A DNA stretch of 64,000 bases from a virus (Duplodnaviria > Heunggongvirae > Uroviricota > Caudoviricetes), in the IMG/VR virus record IMGVR_UViG_3300049597_000059; one strand, given 5' to 3'. A program made the position numbers and the translations under genes. This document shows, in pieces, positions 18,876 through 28,810 of the stretch. The notes under the pieces were generated by a model that saw nothing but the letters and a program-made list of their open reading frames with translations, had not been told where the DNA came from and searched no databases. The first letter of the stretch is position 1; every line of letters begins with the position of its first letter.

Positions 18876-19799
18876 ATGTCATATTACTACAAGTATAACT
18901 TCATCTCCCCTGAGCCTGTCTATGCGACTGTGAAAGAAGAGTTTAAAAGCTACTTCGATACAGGTGCTGTAGATGATTTGTTATTTCCTACATACCTGGA
19001 TAAATGTCTTAGGAAACTAGGAAGGTCTTCTTATGTTATTAGCGAACAGCTTCTATATATTGAGGACTTTGAAGCTAGGCTTCCTGATAACTTCTTTGCT
19101 GTAAGAGAAGCTTGGTTATGTACATCAATCCCTGGCTATCCTTATCAAACAGCTAATTCATTCTATTCTCAAGCTGCTTCCCAAACAACAATACAGGTGA
19201 GTCCTGTTATTTCTGGAGGAGCTCCTTGTACCAATCTAGAATGTACAACAGGTTGTCCTACGTGCATGCCTGAGCTTATTCAAGCTGTATACAAGACTAA
19301 TCAACAAGTGGCTGTAGAATATCATAGACAATACTTATTAAAACCAGGTAACATCTCTGTTAAAGCACATTGTGATCTACAGTGTGCAAACTTTGGTAGC
19401 TCTTCTGCTGATTCATTTGACATTAGAGATAACAAGTTTGTTACCAATTTTAGAAATGGTGTAGTTCACTTAGTGTTCTATTCTACAGCATATGATGGAG
19501 TGGGTAATGAATTGATTCCAGATAACTATCGTATCAGAGAGTTTGTAGAAGCTTTCATCAAATACAAAATGATAGAAACGCTGACCAATCAAACTAATGA
19601 TGAAACGTTTAACCAACTTCAAACAAAGCTTGCATACTATAAACAACAAGCTGATGAAGCATTCATCATGGCTGATATTGAGGTGAAGAAGCAAGATTCT
19701 TGGGCTAAGCAAAGAAGAATCATACAAGACTTAAATAGATTTAATAGATACGAACTACCAAATAGAAGTTACAGATATGGCTGGAGAAGAAACAACTAA
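18876..19799 (+). CDS. hypothetical Cys-rich structural protein
   Basis: 307 aa; CTNLECTTGCPTCMP cluster. Confidence 0.4.
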   Translation: MSYYYKYNFISPEPVYATVKEEFKSYFDTGAVDDLLFPTYLDKCLRKLGRSSYVISEQLLYIEDFEARLPDNFFAVREAWLCTSIPGYPYQTANSFYSQAASQTTIQVSPVISGGAPCTNLECTTGCPTCMPELIQAVYKTNQQVAVEYHRQYLLKPGNISVKAHCDLQCANFGSSSADSFDIRDNKFVTNFRNGVVHLVFYSTAYDGVGNELIPDNYRIREFVEAFIKYKMIETLTNQTNDETFNQLQTKLAYYKQQADEAFIMADIEVKKQDSWAKQRRIIQDLNRFNRYELPNRSYRYGWRRNN

Positions 19800-22700
19800 T
19801 ATTAAGCAGGAGTACAACAGTGCTATATCTGGCTTAAACATGGATCAATCTGTAAATCAGGTTGAGAAGGGTAAGCTTACGTATGCATTGAATGCTAGTG
19901 TTGAGAACTTTGACTCAGATTCTGTTAACTATCAGAATGAGCCAGGTAATGAGTTATGTCTAAACTTTCCTACAAACTATCATTTAATAGGAACTCATTT
20001 CATTGGTGAACAAAACAAACATATATTCTTTCTAACTAATCCTGAAACAGGAGATAGTCAGATTGGATATATGGATAATAATGATTGCGTATATCGTGTG
20101 TACGTAAGTGCTAAATGTTTAGGCTTTGATATAAAATATCCTATTCTTAAAGCTGTTCATAAGATTACCAATTGCACTACAGAAGTGTATTGGACAGATG
20201 GTCTTAATCCTAGAAGATATATAGACTTAAATAACATTCCCTACAAGTTAGCTCCTAACGCTGATTTATGTGATCCTATTTATACCACTGAGCTTGATTG
20301 TAATCAATTAAACGTTCAGCCTAATTTTAACATTCCTGCATTAGATATAACTGATGTTGTAACTGGTGGTGATCTAACTTCTGGTACATATCAGTTTGCT
20401 ATTCAGTATTGTGATGCTGCTGGTAACCCATACACATCTTTCTACTCTGTTACCAATCCTACACCTATTGCTAATAATAAAATTACTACACCAGAGTTCT
20501 CTTACCAAGTGGGTAAGTCTATTGTAGTTAGTATTAGTAACTTAGATACCACTGGACAATTCCAGTATTTCAATCTTGCTGTAGTAAAGACAATAAATGC
20601 AATAGCTTCTGTTGAGCTTGTTGGTACATATTTTATTGAAGATGACACTAGAACTGTAACTTATACAGGACAGAATGTTACACAAATTCGTCTTGCTATT
20701 GCTGATATATTTGAGAAATATCCATATTATGAGGTAGCTCAAGACTTAACCACTGCCCAAGATATTCTTATCTGGGATAATCTTACTTCTATAGATAGAA
20801 TTAACTATCAATCAATTGCTAGTCAAATTGATCTTAAGTGGGAAACTTATAGAATCCCTAGTACAGAAACCTATGCTGATGAACTAAACGCTACAAATCT
20901 TAGAGGTTATCTAAGAGATGAAGTGTATGCATTTGAGATAGTTTTCTTGCTTAAGAACGGTAAGCAAACAGATGGTTTCCATATTCCTGGTAGAATGATT
21001 ACTGCTAACGAAGGTTCTCAACCAGACGTACCAAGCAGTAATCCTGACTTTATTGGAGAGGGCACAAGTGCACCTTATTGGAAGATTTACAACACAGGTT
21101 CTGTAACAGGATTTTCTCCTGGATACTCAACAAGTCAATCATATAAAGGACCTTATCAATATGGTGAGTTTGCTTACTGGGAATCAACAGACACCTATCC
21201 ATGTAATATAGATGTATGGGGTGATCTTGCTGGTCAACCTATTAGACATCACAAGTTTCCTGATGTTCTTGTAAGTCCTATATACGAAAGTCCTACATAC
21301 ACACTAGGGGCAGGGTTTGCACCAGTGATGCAGAATGATGCTATATTCCCAATGGGTGTACAGATTGATGTTCAACAAGTTGCATACTTGGTATATGCTT
21401 CTAATCTTACACAGGCACAGAAAGAAAGCATTGCAGGATTTAAGATTGTAAGAGGAGACAGAAGTACAAATAGATCCATTGTAGGTAAAGGTATTCTTAG
21501 AAACGTAGGTAAGTATAAGAGAGAAGAAACAGAATATTTCTTTCCTAACTATCCATATAATGATCTTAATAAGGATGAATTCCTTCTTGATAATAACAAT
21601 GCATACCTTGATCAATGTATTACCTATAATGTAATAGCCACTACAACATGTGTTATACAATATACTGATTGTTTTTCAAATACAACACAGATAGAAACAT
21701 TAGTAGTTGGAACTACAAAAAAGATATGTTCTCTTAGCACTCTTTTGGTTATGAGTGGAACAGCTACAATCACTGTGGTTGTCTATAACACATATAATCT
21801 TACTAGTGCTTCAACAACTGTATTCCAATATCAAGATCCATTAACCACTGTATTTAAACAAATCACAGTGACGGGTAATGGTTTACAACAAGTGAATTCA
21901 TTAGTGCTTCCTGTATATTTATCTGGAACAACTAGTTTTAGTATTACAACAGATGCAACAAAGAACTCACTTTGTTATCCTAATAAGTTAGATGCGTTTG
22001 CTACAGATGAGTCTAAATACAGAATGGTATTTAACTCACCTGAAACATCTTTTGGACAACCTTTCTTAGGAACTGTTCTAAAGCTTGAGAACGTTATGTT
22101 TGGTGCAGGTATAGCTCATTTCGTAGAGGTTAAGAAGAATGCTATGTATAAGCTTCTCACAGCAGAAGCTCAACGTGATGCTCTTGAGTCTAGTGAAGAT
22201 ATTGGTGCTATCACACCAACGTTTAATGCATCAGCAATGTTTGCTGCATACCAAGCCTATCTAACTATCTACATAAATGGAATCACTAGAAGAAACTATG
22301 GATACTCATTTAACTCAATAGCTAGCTATGATTACAGTGGAGCTATTGATAATAATCTAGGCATCAAGCAAAGACAATTAGACAATGCTCAATATGTATT
22401 CCCTGGAGTACAGTCTGTAAGTGACTTACATGATTTCAACAACTTCAATAGAGAATCATCTATATATGTAAAGACAGTTGATACTAGAGATGGTTCATCA
22501 GTAATACCTCTACCATTCCCTAATCAGACTCCTAGTCTTTTAGTTGGTGGTATAAGCGGTATCTCTGATACATCAAGATTCACTATATCACAGAAGAACA
22601 ATTGTTCTGTACCTAGTAAGAATGAAGCAATTAATGTAGTTTCTTACTATGGATCATTGAAGAACATCTTTAATAATCAATGGGGTCAGATATACTCTTA

Positions 22701-24549
22701 TGATACAATTGATACAGGTTTCCAAGAAAGCATTGACACTAACAATTTAATGTTCTCTACACCTAAATCAGCAACTGTATTTGGTGGAGATACATTTATT
22801 AACAGATTTGCATTTAAGACCAAGCTTCCATTCTTTATTGATAATAGGGTGAATGGTCTTGATGATAGTGATATATTCTATGATGAGATTGGTAATGTGG
22901 CTTATCCACAATACTGGCACTCAGCTAGATCTGTGTTGCAAGACTACTCTTTAAATAATGGTGCTGGTCCAGTGCTGAAGAATATGATTTCTTATAAGGC
23001 ACATAACTTTGATTGTCCTAATAATCAATCTCCTGCACCTAACCCAGCAGCAAATCCTCCAATAGTAAATCCTAACAGAACATTTTACGATGGTAAGATG
23101 TATATGTTTGCTTACGGTATTCCTTCTTTCTATTGTGAAAGTTCATATAATGTAGACTTACGTCAAGCATTCAATAACTTGGAAGGTGACTTCTACCCAC
23201 ACGTGAGCTCAGGTATTCCTGACAACTGGTTACAAGAGTCTGTAGTTCCTATTGTATTTGATAATACATATTATTATAATGTAACATTTTCAAAGCAAAA
23301 CAGAGAGAATGTGTTCACCCACCTGCCTGCAGATTGGGCTGAGCAACTTTGTTTTACCAAATATCCATTCAGAGCTGTTTATTCAAATCCTCAGGATGTA
23401 TTTGCTGACAATAAGGTGAACAGTTGGTTGATCTATAAGCCTATTTCATTCTTTGATTTCCCTCAAAACTTTGGTGGTCTTGTATCATTAGATGGTATTC
23501 AGAATAAAGCTGTATTAGCTAGATTTGAGAATAAGTCATTGTTATACAATACAATGCTTACAGTTCAAACTAGCAATCCACAAGCTGCTTATTTAGGTAA
23601 TGATACATTATTTAAGAGTGCCCCTCCAATTGACTTTGCTGAAACAGATCTTGGATATGTAGGAGCTCAGAATAAGTTTTTATTGAAGATTCCTCAAGGA
23701 CAGATTACGGTGGATGCTAAGAGAGGACAGGTGTTTTTGATTGAGGGTTTACAGGCTACTGATTTATCAGCATTTGGTTCAGGACTTAATAAGTTCTTTA
23801 CAGACCATCTAGCATTTGAAATCTTACGTTACTATCCAGATGTAAATACAGATAACCATTATGATGGTATTGGCTTACATGGAGTGTTTGATAGTAAGTA
23901 TGACAGGGTGATTATATCTAAACTAGATTACATTCCTAATAGCAAAAATATTAAATATGATGCTACTAATAGAGAATTCTATATAGAAAAAACTCTAGGC
24001 AATAGCGTAGTAAGAACAGTGGTGAGTGTTTATGATTCAGAATACTTCTGTAATAAGTCATGGACTCTTTCATTTAGCATGAACACTAAAAGTTGGATTA
24101 GTTTCCATAGTTACATTCCTAACTTCTACATAGCAGAGAATAACTTCTTCTATTCTGGATTGAATGGTGGATGTGACTTAGAGGCTATTGCTTTCTCTCA
24201 GATTCCTTGCACTACTACCACAACAACCTCAACAACAAAAGATTGTAGAATAATAGGTACAGCAGTTGATCTATGTATAGATTGTACATTGATAGGAATA
24301 GCTTGTATAGATTGTACAATAGTTGGTACGGCTGTAGAACCATGTCCAACTACTACCACTACAACATCTAGTAGCACAAGTACAACAACTAGTACTAGTA
24401 GTAGTACCACAACCACTACAACAACAGCAGTACCTGGACCAACTACTACTACTACAACAACTACTAGTACCACAACTACTACTACTACCGCTACTCCACC
24501 AGCACCAGAGTGTGATTTAGGTGGAACAGCTGCAGAACAATGTCCGTAA
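19777..24549 (+). CDS. large tail/virion structural protein (1590 aa) with C-terminal Cys-repeat and poly-Thr region
   Basis: Long Asn/Thr/Tyr-rich beta-type composition; C-terminal DCRIIGTAVDLCIDCTLIGIACIDCTIVGTAVEPC followed by about 60 residues of Thr/Ser. Confidence 0.45.
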   Translation: MAGEETTNIKQEYNSAISGLNMDQSVNQVEKGKLTYALNASVENFDSDSVNYQNEPGNELCLNFPTNYHLIGTHFIGEQNKHIFFLTNPETGDSQIGYMDNNDCVYRVYVSAKCLGFDIKYPILKAVHKITNCTTEVYWTDGLNPRRYIDLNNIPYKLAPNADLCDPIYTTELDCNQLNVQPNFNIPALDITDVVTGGDLTSGTYQFAIQYCDAAGNPYTSFYSVTNPTPIANNKITTPEFSYQVGKSIVVSISNLDTTGQFQYFNLAVVKTINAIASVELVGTYFIEDDTRTVTYTGQNVTQIRLAIADIFEKYPYYEVAQDLTTAQDILIWDNLTSIDRINYQSIASQIDLKWETYRIPSTETYADELNATNLRGYLRDEVYAFEIVFLLKNGKQTDGFHIPGRMITANEGSQPDVPSSNPDFIGEGTSAPYWKIYNTGSVTGFSPGYSTSQSYKGPYQYGEFAYWESTDTYPCNIDVWGDLAGQPIRHHKFPDVLVSPIYESPTYTLGAGFAPVMQNDAIFPMGVQIDVQQVAYLVYASNLTQAQKESIAGFKIVRGDRSTNRSIVGKGILRNVGKYKREETEYFFPNYPYNDLNKDEFLLDNNNAYLDQCITYNVIATTTCVIQYTDCFSNTTQIETLVVGTTKKICSLSTLLVMSGTATITVVVYNTYNLTSASTTVFQYQDPLTTVFKQITVTGNGLQQVNSLVLPVYLSGTTSFSITTDATKNSLCYPNKLDAFATDESKYRMVFNSPETSFGQPFLGTVLKLENVMFGAGIAHFVEVKKNAMYKLLTAEAQRDALESSEDIGAITPTFNASAMFAAYQAYLTIYINGITRRNYGYSFNSIASYDYSGAIDNNLGIKQRQLDNAQYVFPGVQSVSDLHDFNNFNRESSIYVKTVDTRDGSSVIPLPFPNQTPSLLVGGISGISDTSRFTISQKNNCSVPSKNEAINVVSYYGSLKNIFNNQWGQIYSYDTIDTGFQESIDTNNLMFSTPKSATVFGGDTFINRFAFKTKLPFFIDNRVNGLDDSDIFYDEIGNVAYPQYWHSARSVLQDYSLNNGAGPVLKNMISYKAHNFDCPNNQSPAPNPAANPPIVNPNRTFYDGKMYMFAYGIPSFYCESSYNVDLRQAFNNLEGDFYPHVSSGIPDNWLQESVVPIVFDNTYYYNVTFSKQNRENVFTHLPADWAEQLCFTKYPFRAVYSNPQDVFADNKVNSWLIYKPISFFDFPQNFGGLVSLDGIQNKAVLARFENKSLLYNTMLTVQTSNPQAAYLGNDTLFKSAPPIDFAETDLGYVGAQNKFLLKIPQGQITVDAKRGQVFLIEGLQATDLSAFGSGLNKFFTDHLAFEILRYYPDVNTDNHYDGIGLHGVFDSKYDRVIISKLDYIPNSKNIKYDATNREFYIEKTLGNSVVRTVVSVYDSEYFCNKSWTLSFSMNTKSWISFHSYIPNFYIAENNFFYSGLNGGCDLEAIAFSQIPCTTTTTTSTTKDCRIIGTAVDLCIDCTLIGIACIDCTIVGTAVEPCPTTTTTTSSSTSTTTSTSSSTTTTTTTAVPGPTTTTTTTTSTTTTTTTATPPAPECDLGGTAAEQCP

Positions 24550-24560
24550 TTAATTAAGAT

Positions 24561-25427
24561 ATGTCTAAAGTAATAACAATAAGATTAACAAAGGCTGGCA
24601 TTAGAACTGGACCGTTTAAGATTTCTGATAACTACGGAAATGTCTTAGGAACTAATATTCCTAAGAGCCAAGTTATTTCTGGAATCACCTACTCAGTTAG
24701 TGATGCTGTTACGGTTATTATTATTGAATCTATAGGAAAGTGTAGGACAAGGTTACAAATGTCTATAGAGCAACTGTGTGTTGCAGATGTAGCAGCTATT
24801 GAGTTTGTACCTACAAACACCCCATCTTTATGGAGACATTTAACTAACACAACAATTTACAATACGTTCTACGGAAACATAGAACCTTATATTATAGAGT
24901 ATCCATTTGCCTATCAGTATTATGATGAGATCTTACAGAATGTAAAAGATTACACAAAGGCATACAGATACCTTCCTATACCAGATGGTGTGTTCAATGA
25001 TAACTCTAAGATAGAAACAAACACAGTTTATTTCAACAAAGCTATCTTATACAATGGACAACAGTCTTCTGGTGTACTAGAGTTGGTTCCTAAACCAATC
25101 AACAACTTAAAGGAATACATGAAGTATCCTATATATAACGTTGAGAGTAAGACAATTACGTTTACTAAATCAGATAATTTTTATCAATACAATACATTTT
25201 GGTCATTAGTTAAAGATAAATCCGTACCTTTGTTTCTAACAGGTTGTGACTCATTGTCTATAGATAAGGTTGTAAATCAACCAAATATGGATTATGGAAA
25301 GAGATCATTTAAGAAAGAACCTCTACGTGCGAAGGATTTAAAGGTGAGACACGTCCTAGATAATAGATCAGATGCCCATTTGATAAGTCAATTCATCATT
25401 ACACCATCTCAAATTTCTTACAAATAA
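24561..25427 (+). CDS. tail-associated protein with TGPF beta-domain
   Basis: N-terminus MSKVITIRLTKAGIRTGPFKISDNYG paralogous to the 15701 N-domain. Confidence 0.4.
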   Translation: MSKVITIRLTKAGIRTGPFKISDNYGNVLGTNIPKSQVISGITYSVSDAVTVIIIESIGKCRTRLQMSIEQLCVADVAAIEFVPTNTPSLWRHLTNTTIYNTFYGNIEPYIIEYPFAYQYYDEILQNVKDYTKAYRYLPIPDGVFNDNSKIETNTVYFNKAILYNGQQSSGVLELVPKPINNLKEYMKYPIYNVESKTITFTKSDNFYQYNTFWSLVKDKSVPLFLTGCDSLSIDKVVNQPNMDYGKRSFKKEPLRAKDLKVRHVLDNRSDAHLISQFIITPSQISYK

Positions 25428-28400
25428 TGGCTAAGTGGTTAGATAAATATGAACAAGGGGGATTGGTCTTAAAACAAAAGACCGATAACTATGGTAAGAA
25501 GCCCAATCCTAATGATGTACAAGCATCTGTAGGTCCTGACTTTGTAGGTCTTGGTTATGATACAACAGGTAGAAACTATTCTCCTGCATGGGGTGGACAG
25601 TTTGAGGATGGTGGATATGTAGCTCAAAAAGGTAAATCTGTTCCTACAATGACAGATAGTCTTGCTCTGTATAACAATGCTAATAAAGTACTTAATTATT
25701 ATAAAGGTAAAAAATACCGAAATCTTTCTTCTGGTGAAAGATATGGAAAGAAGAATTATTATAAAGAAAAAAATAAAGAATCACTAGAACAGTTCATCCG
25801 CAGAAACAAAATGAATGCTGTTTTGTTTTCTAGAGGAACAGGTTCTGAAATGACATCTATTCCAATAGATTCATATTACAAAAGACTTGATGGCAATAGG
25901 TATTTTCAAAGAGAAGGTGCCAGTGCAATATTAGATATGAGAGCTCCAATGCAGTTGTTTGATGATAGAATCACTCCTACAATGCTTAATTTTTATAGAA
26001 ATATTGACAAGAACGATCCTTTAACTGATGATTATGTTTCTATTTTTTCTTATGATCCTATATTAGTTAAACCTGTAAGTATGCTTACTCCAGAGGAAAA
26101 AGCTACTAGATTAAAAAGATACGGAAAGGAAAGTGGTTTAATTGATAAAAACGTAAAACTGTCTACATCTACTGAGAAATCAAAAACTGAACCAGAAAAG
26201 AAAAAGACTCCAGTAACTAAAAAATCTGAAGAAACCAAAATAGAAGAAACTAAACCAGCACCATATACTCCTACAGGAAGTAAGAAGTACATAGTAAATG
26301 GAATAGAGGTTAGTGAAGAAGACTTCTTAGGTACAGGTAATACAACTGGTGGTAGTAAAAGAATTATATATAGTACACCAAAACTAAAAACACAAAAGGT
26401 TCTTCGTTTAGATGGAACTCCTGAAACAGATCCAGAGAAGATTCGTAAGGCTATGCGTGCACAGGAAAAGGATGGTGATATGGCTATGGGTGGTAGCTTA
26501 CCAGGTTCTGTAGGATTCACGTACGCACGTGTAGCTGGTAGTGCTCCTAGCAATGGTAAGTATGCTAAGAAGACAAAAGCTTCTGCACAGAATGGTAAGG
26601 AGATGAAGTTCTACCAAGAAGGCTTGGATTTCAAACCTAACAGTATTGCTCAGGATGGTGCTATTGTAGACCCAATGGGACAATGGGCACATCCAGGAGA
26701 AGTAACTATAATACCAGGAACAGACATAACAATGGAAGGGGTAGATTATCCCGTACTAGGAATATCTGATACAGGGGATACACAGATGATGTACCCTGGA
26801 GAAGACTATGATTTTGATGGTGACTATGTTACAGAGTATCCAATAATGAAAGATGGTGGTTGGTTAAGTAAATTTGATACAGCTCAAAAAGGTAAGACTA
26901 TTCCTAAACCTGAGCTTACTTCATCTAATATACCATATACACCAATAACCTTATCTACAAACGTTAAAGCTGGAACAAAAAAACCAACTGTTACACTTTC
27001 ATCTCAAGAGGAAATATTAGATGAACAACAGCGAAAGAAGAACAAAAATAAACCCGTTGTTGAAAAGAAGTATGAAAATATAGAGACTGTTAAACAAGAT
27101 AATAGAACATCTAGAGAGAAAGAAATTGCTCAACAAGAGTTGTTAAAGCTTATGATGCAAGAAGCTCAAGGAGCTTCTCCTTTTGCTCAAACATTAAGTT
27201 CTTTCACACCAACAGGATATAATCCAGAGGCTGGTAAGATAGCCGCTGAAAATATAGGACAAATGACTCCTATGATGGGAGCTACTAGATTGTTTAACAC
27301 TGTAAGAGATCCTGAGAATAACCCTTATGGTATTGGTCAAGGGAATGGATTTCTAGCAAATACATTAGGTACACTAGGATTAATTGGAGATGCTTTAGAT
27401 GTAGGTGTTGTAACGGCACCTGGTGTAAAAGTTGCAGGTAAATACCTTACCGAACAAACACCTTTAAAAAATACCTATAAGTTAAATCCTTTTGCTTTCA
27501 AACCTACAGAAGGAATGATGTATAGAGGACTTGGGGTAGAGGGAATGGAAGATGCTCTTGCATCAGGTGTATTTAGAGCTAAGCAAGATATACCACCTTC
27601 TATGGTAGGTAACTTTGATATGTCTAAACGATTTGACAAAGCTTACTTTAGTCCAAAGTTTGATGTAGCAGATCAGTATGGACAGGGATATATTGCTGAG
27701 GTACCAAGAACAGCTTCTGATTGGGGTAAGAGATATGGTAAAAAAGAATGGAGTCAAATAGCTCAAAGAGATATACCTACAACTGAAGGTAAGATATTAC
27801 AGAAAGATTGGTTAAAAGGATATAAAGAAGTTCCTCAACAAAGTCCTGATTTAGGATCAGTCTTTCAACTCAATACTAAAGGAGCAGTTCCCCCACCTTT
27901 ACCAGAACCAAAGCTTTCAATAGCTCCTCGTGGTAACTATCTAGAAAGTGAACTAACTAAAGGAAATAAAATTAGTTTGAACGATGTTGATAAACTTGGT
28001 AAGAAGGAAATAGATTGGTTGCAAAGTTATGAGTATTTTAAAAGAAGATCCGCAGCAACAGGTGAAAGTGCATCTGAGATACAAAAAGATGTAGATGAGA
28101 TTGTTAAGCGTTGGGGAAATTTATCTGTAAGTGCAGCTAATACAGGAAAGGATGCGGCTGGTTTTTACGGTAGGGGTAAAAACAGAATAGTATTAAGTGA
28201 TAAGTTAAAAAGAGAAGAAGCCCTATCAGTTTTAGACCATGAGGTTAAACATGCTCTTTCACAAATGGGGGGCCTCGAGGGTTCCAAAGGATATAAAAAA
28301 TATCCAACTACTAAGGTAGATACTTGGTTAAATAGAACTCTTGGTCTTAAAAATGCACATTATTATGCTGAACCTTGGGAACAGCAAGTTAGAGGTCTGC

Positions 28401-28792
28401 GTTTATTAGACTTCATAGAAAAAACACAAGGGATTCCTAGAGGCACACCGTTATCAATGGAAGATATAACTCAGTTTGCAAGAAATGTTTCTCCTTCATC
28501 TCCTTCAAAAGAAATTATGGAACTTTTTTCCAAAGACTACAATGATGTAACTAGTCAGCTTTTTAAAATGAAGGATGCAGACAAACAACTTAAGTTTGTT
28601 CCAAGTAATATAAAAAAATTAAAGTCTCCTTTTCAATATGAACAAAAAGGAGAACTAAGAAAAAATATACTAGATTGGCTTAATAGAACATACGCTGTAC
28701 CTGTAGGTGTAGGTATAGGTGCTGGTGCACTTGGATCTGATGAAGAGATGCCACAACAAAAAGATGGTGGTTGGTTAACCAAATATAAATAA
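25427..28792 (+). CDS. large virion cargo/internal protein (1121 aa) with HExxH motif and repeated DGG[WY]…AQKGK motifs
   Basis: LDHEVKHAL (zincin-like) at 28238-28252; internal PGSVGFTYARVA motif identical to the MCP N-terminus; Lys-rich low-complexity linker. Confidence 0.45.
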   Translation: MAKWLDKYEQGGLVLKQKTDNYGKKPNPNDVQASVGPDFVGLGYDTTGRNYSPAWGGQFEDGGYVAQKGKSVPTMTDSLALYNNANKVLNYYKGKKYRNLSSGERYGKKNYYKEKNKESLEQFIRRNKMNAVLFSRGTGSEMTSIPIDSYYKRLDGNRYFQREGASAILDMRAPMQLFDDRITPTMLNFYRNIDKNDPLTDDYVSIFSYDPILVKPVSMLTPEEKATRLKRYGKESGLIDKNVKLSTSTEKSKTEPEKKKTPVTKKSEETKIEETKPAPYTPTGSKKYIVNGIEVSEEDFLGTGNTTGGSKRIIYSTPKLKTQKVLRLDGTPETDPEKIRKAMRAQEKDGDMAMGGSLPGSVGFTYARVAGSAPSNGKYAKKTKASAQNGKEMKFYQEGLDFKPNSIAQDGAIVDPMGQWAHPGEVTIIPGTDITMEGVDYPVLGISDTGDTQMMYPGEDYDFDGDYVTEYPIMKDGGWLSKFDTAQKGKTIPKPELTSSNIPYTPITLSTNVKAGTKKPTVTLSSQEEILDEQQRKKNKNKPVVEKKYENIETVKQDNRTSREKEIAQQELLKLMMQEAQGASPFAQTLSSFTPTGYNPEAGKIAAENIGQMTPMMGATRLFNTVRDPENNPYGIGQGNGFLANTLGTLGLIGDALDVGVVTAPGVKVAGKYLTEQTPLKNTYKLNPFAFKPTEGMMYRGLGVEGMEDALASGVFRAKQDIPPSMVGNFDMSKRFDKAYFSPKFDVADQYGQGYIAEVPRTASDWGKRYGKKEWSQIAQRDIPTTEGKILQKDWLKGYKEVPQQSPDLGSVFQLNTKGAVPPPLPEPKLSIAPRGNYLESELTKGNKISLNDVDKLGKKEIDWLQSYEYFKRRSAATGESASEIQKDVDEIVKRWGNLSVSAANTGKDAAGFYGRGKNRIVLSDKLKREEALSVLDHEVKHALSQMGGLEGSKGYKKYPTTKVDTWLNRTLGLKNAHYYAEPWEQQVRGLRLLDFIEKTQGIPRGTPLSMEDITQFARNVSPSSPSKEIMELFSKDYNDVTSQLFKMKDADKQLKFVPSNIKKLKSPFQYEQKGELRKNILDWLNRTYAVPVGVGIGAGALGSDEEMPQQKDGGWLTKYK

Positions 28793-28810
28793 AACACACA
28801 AACGTTCAAT

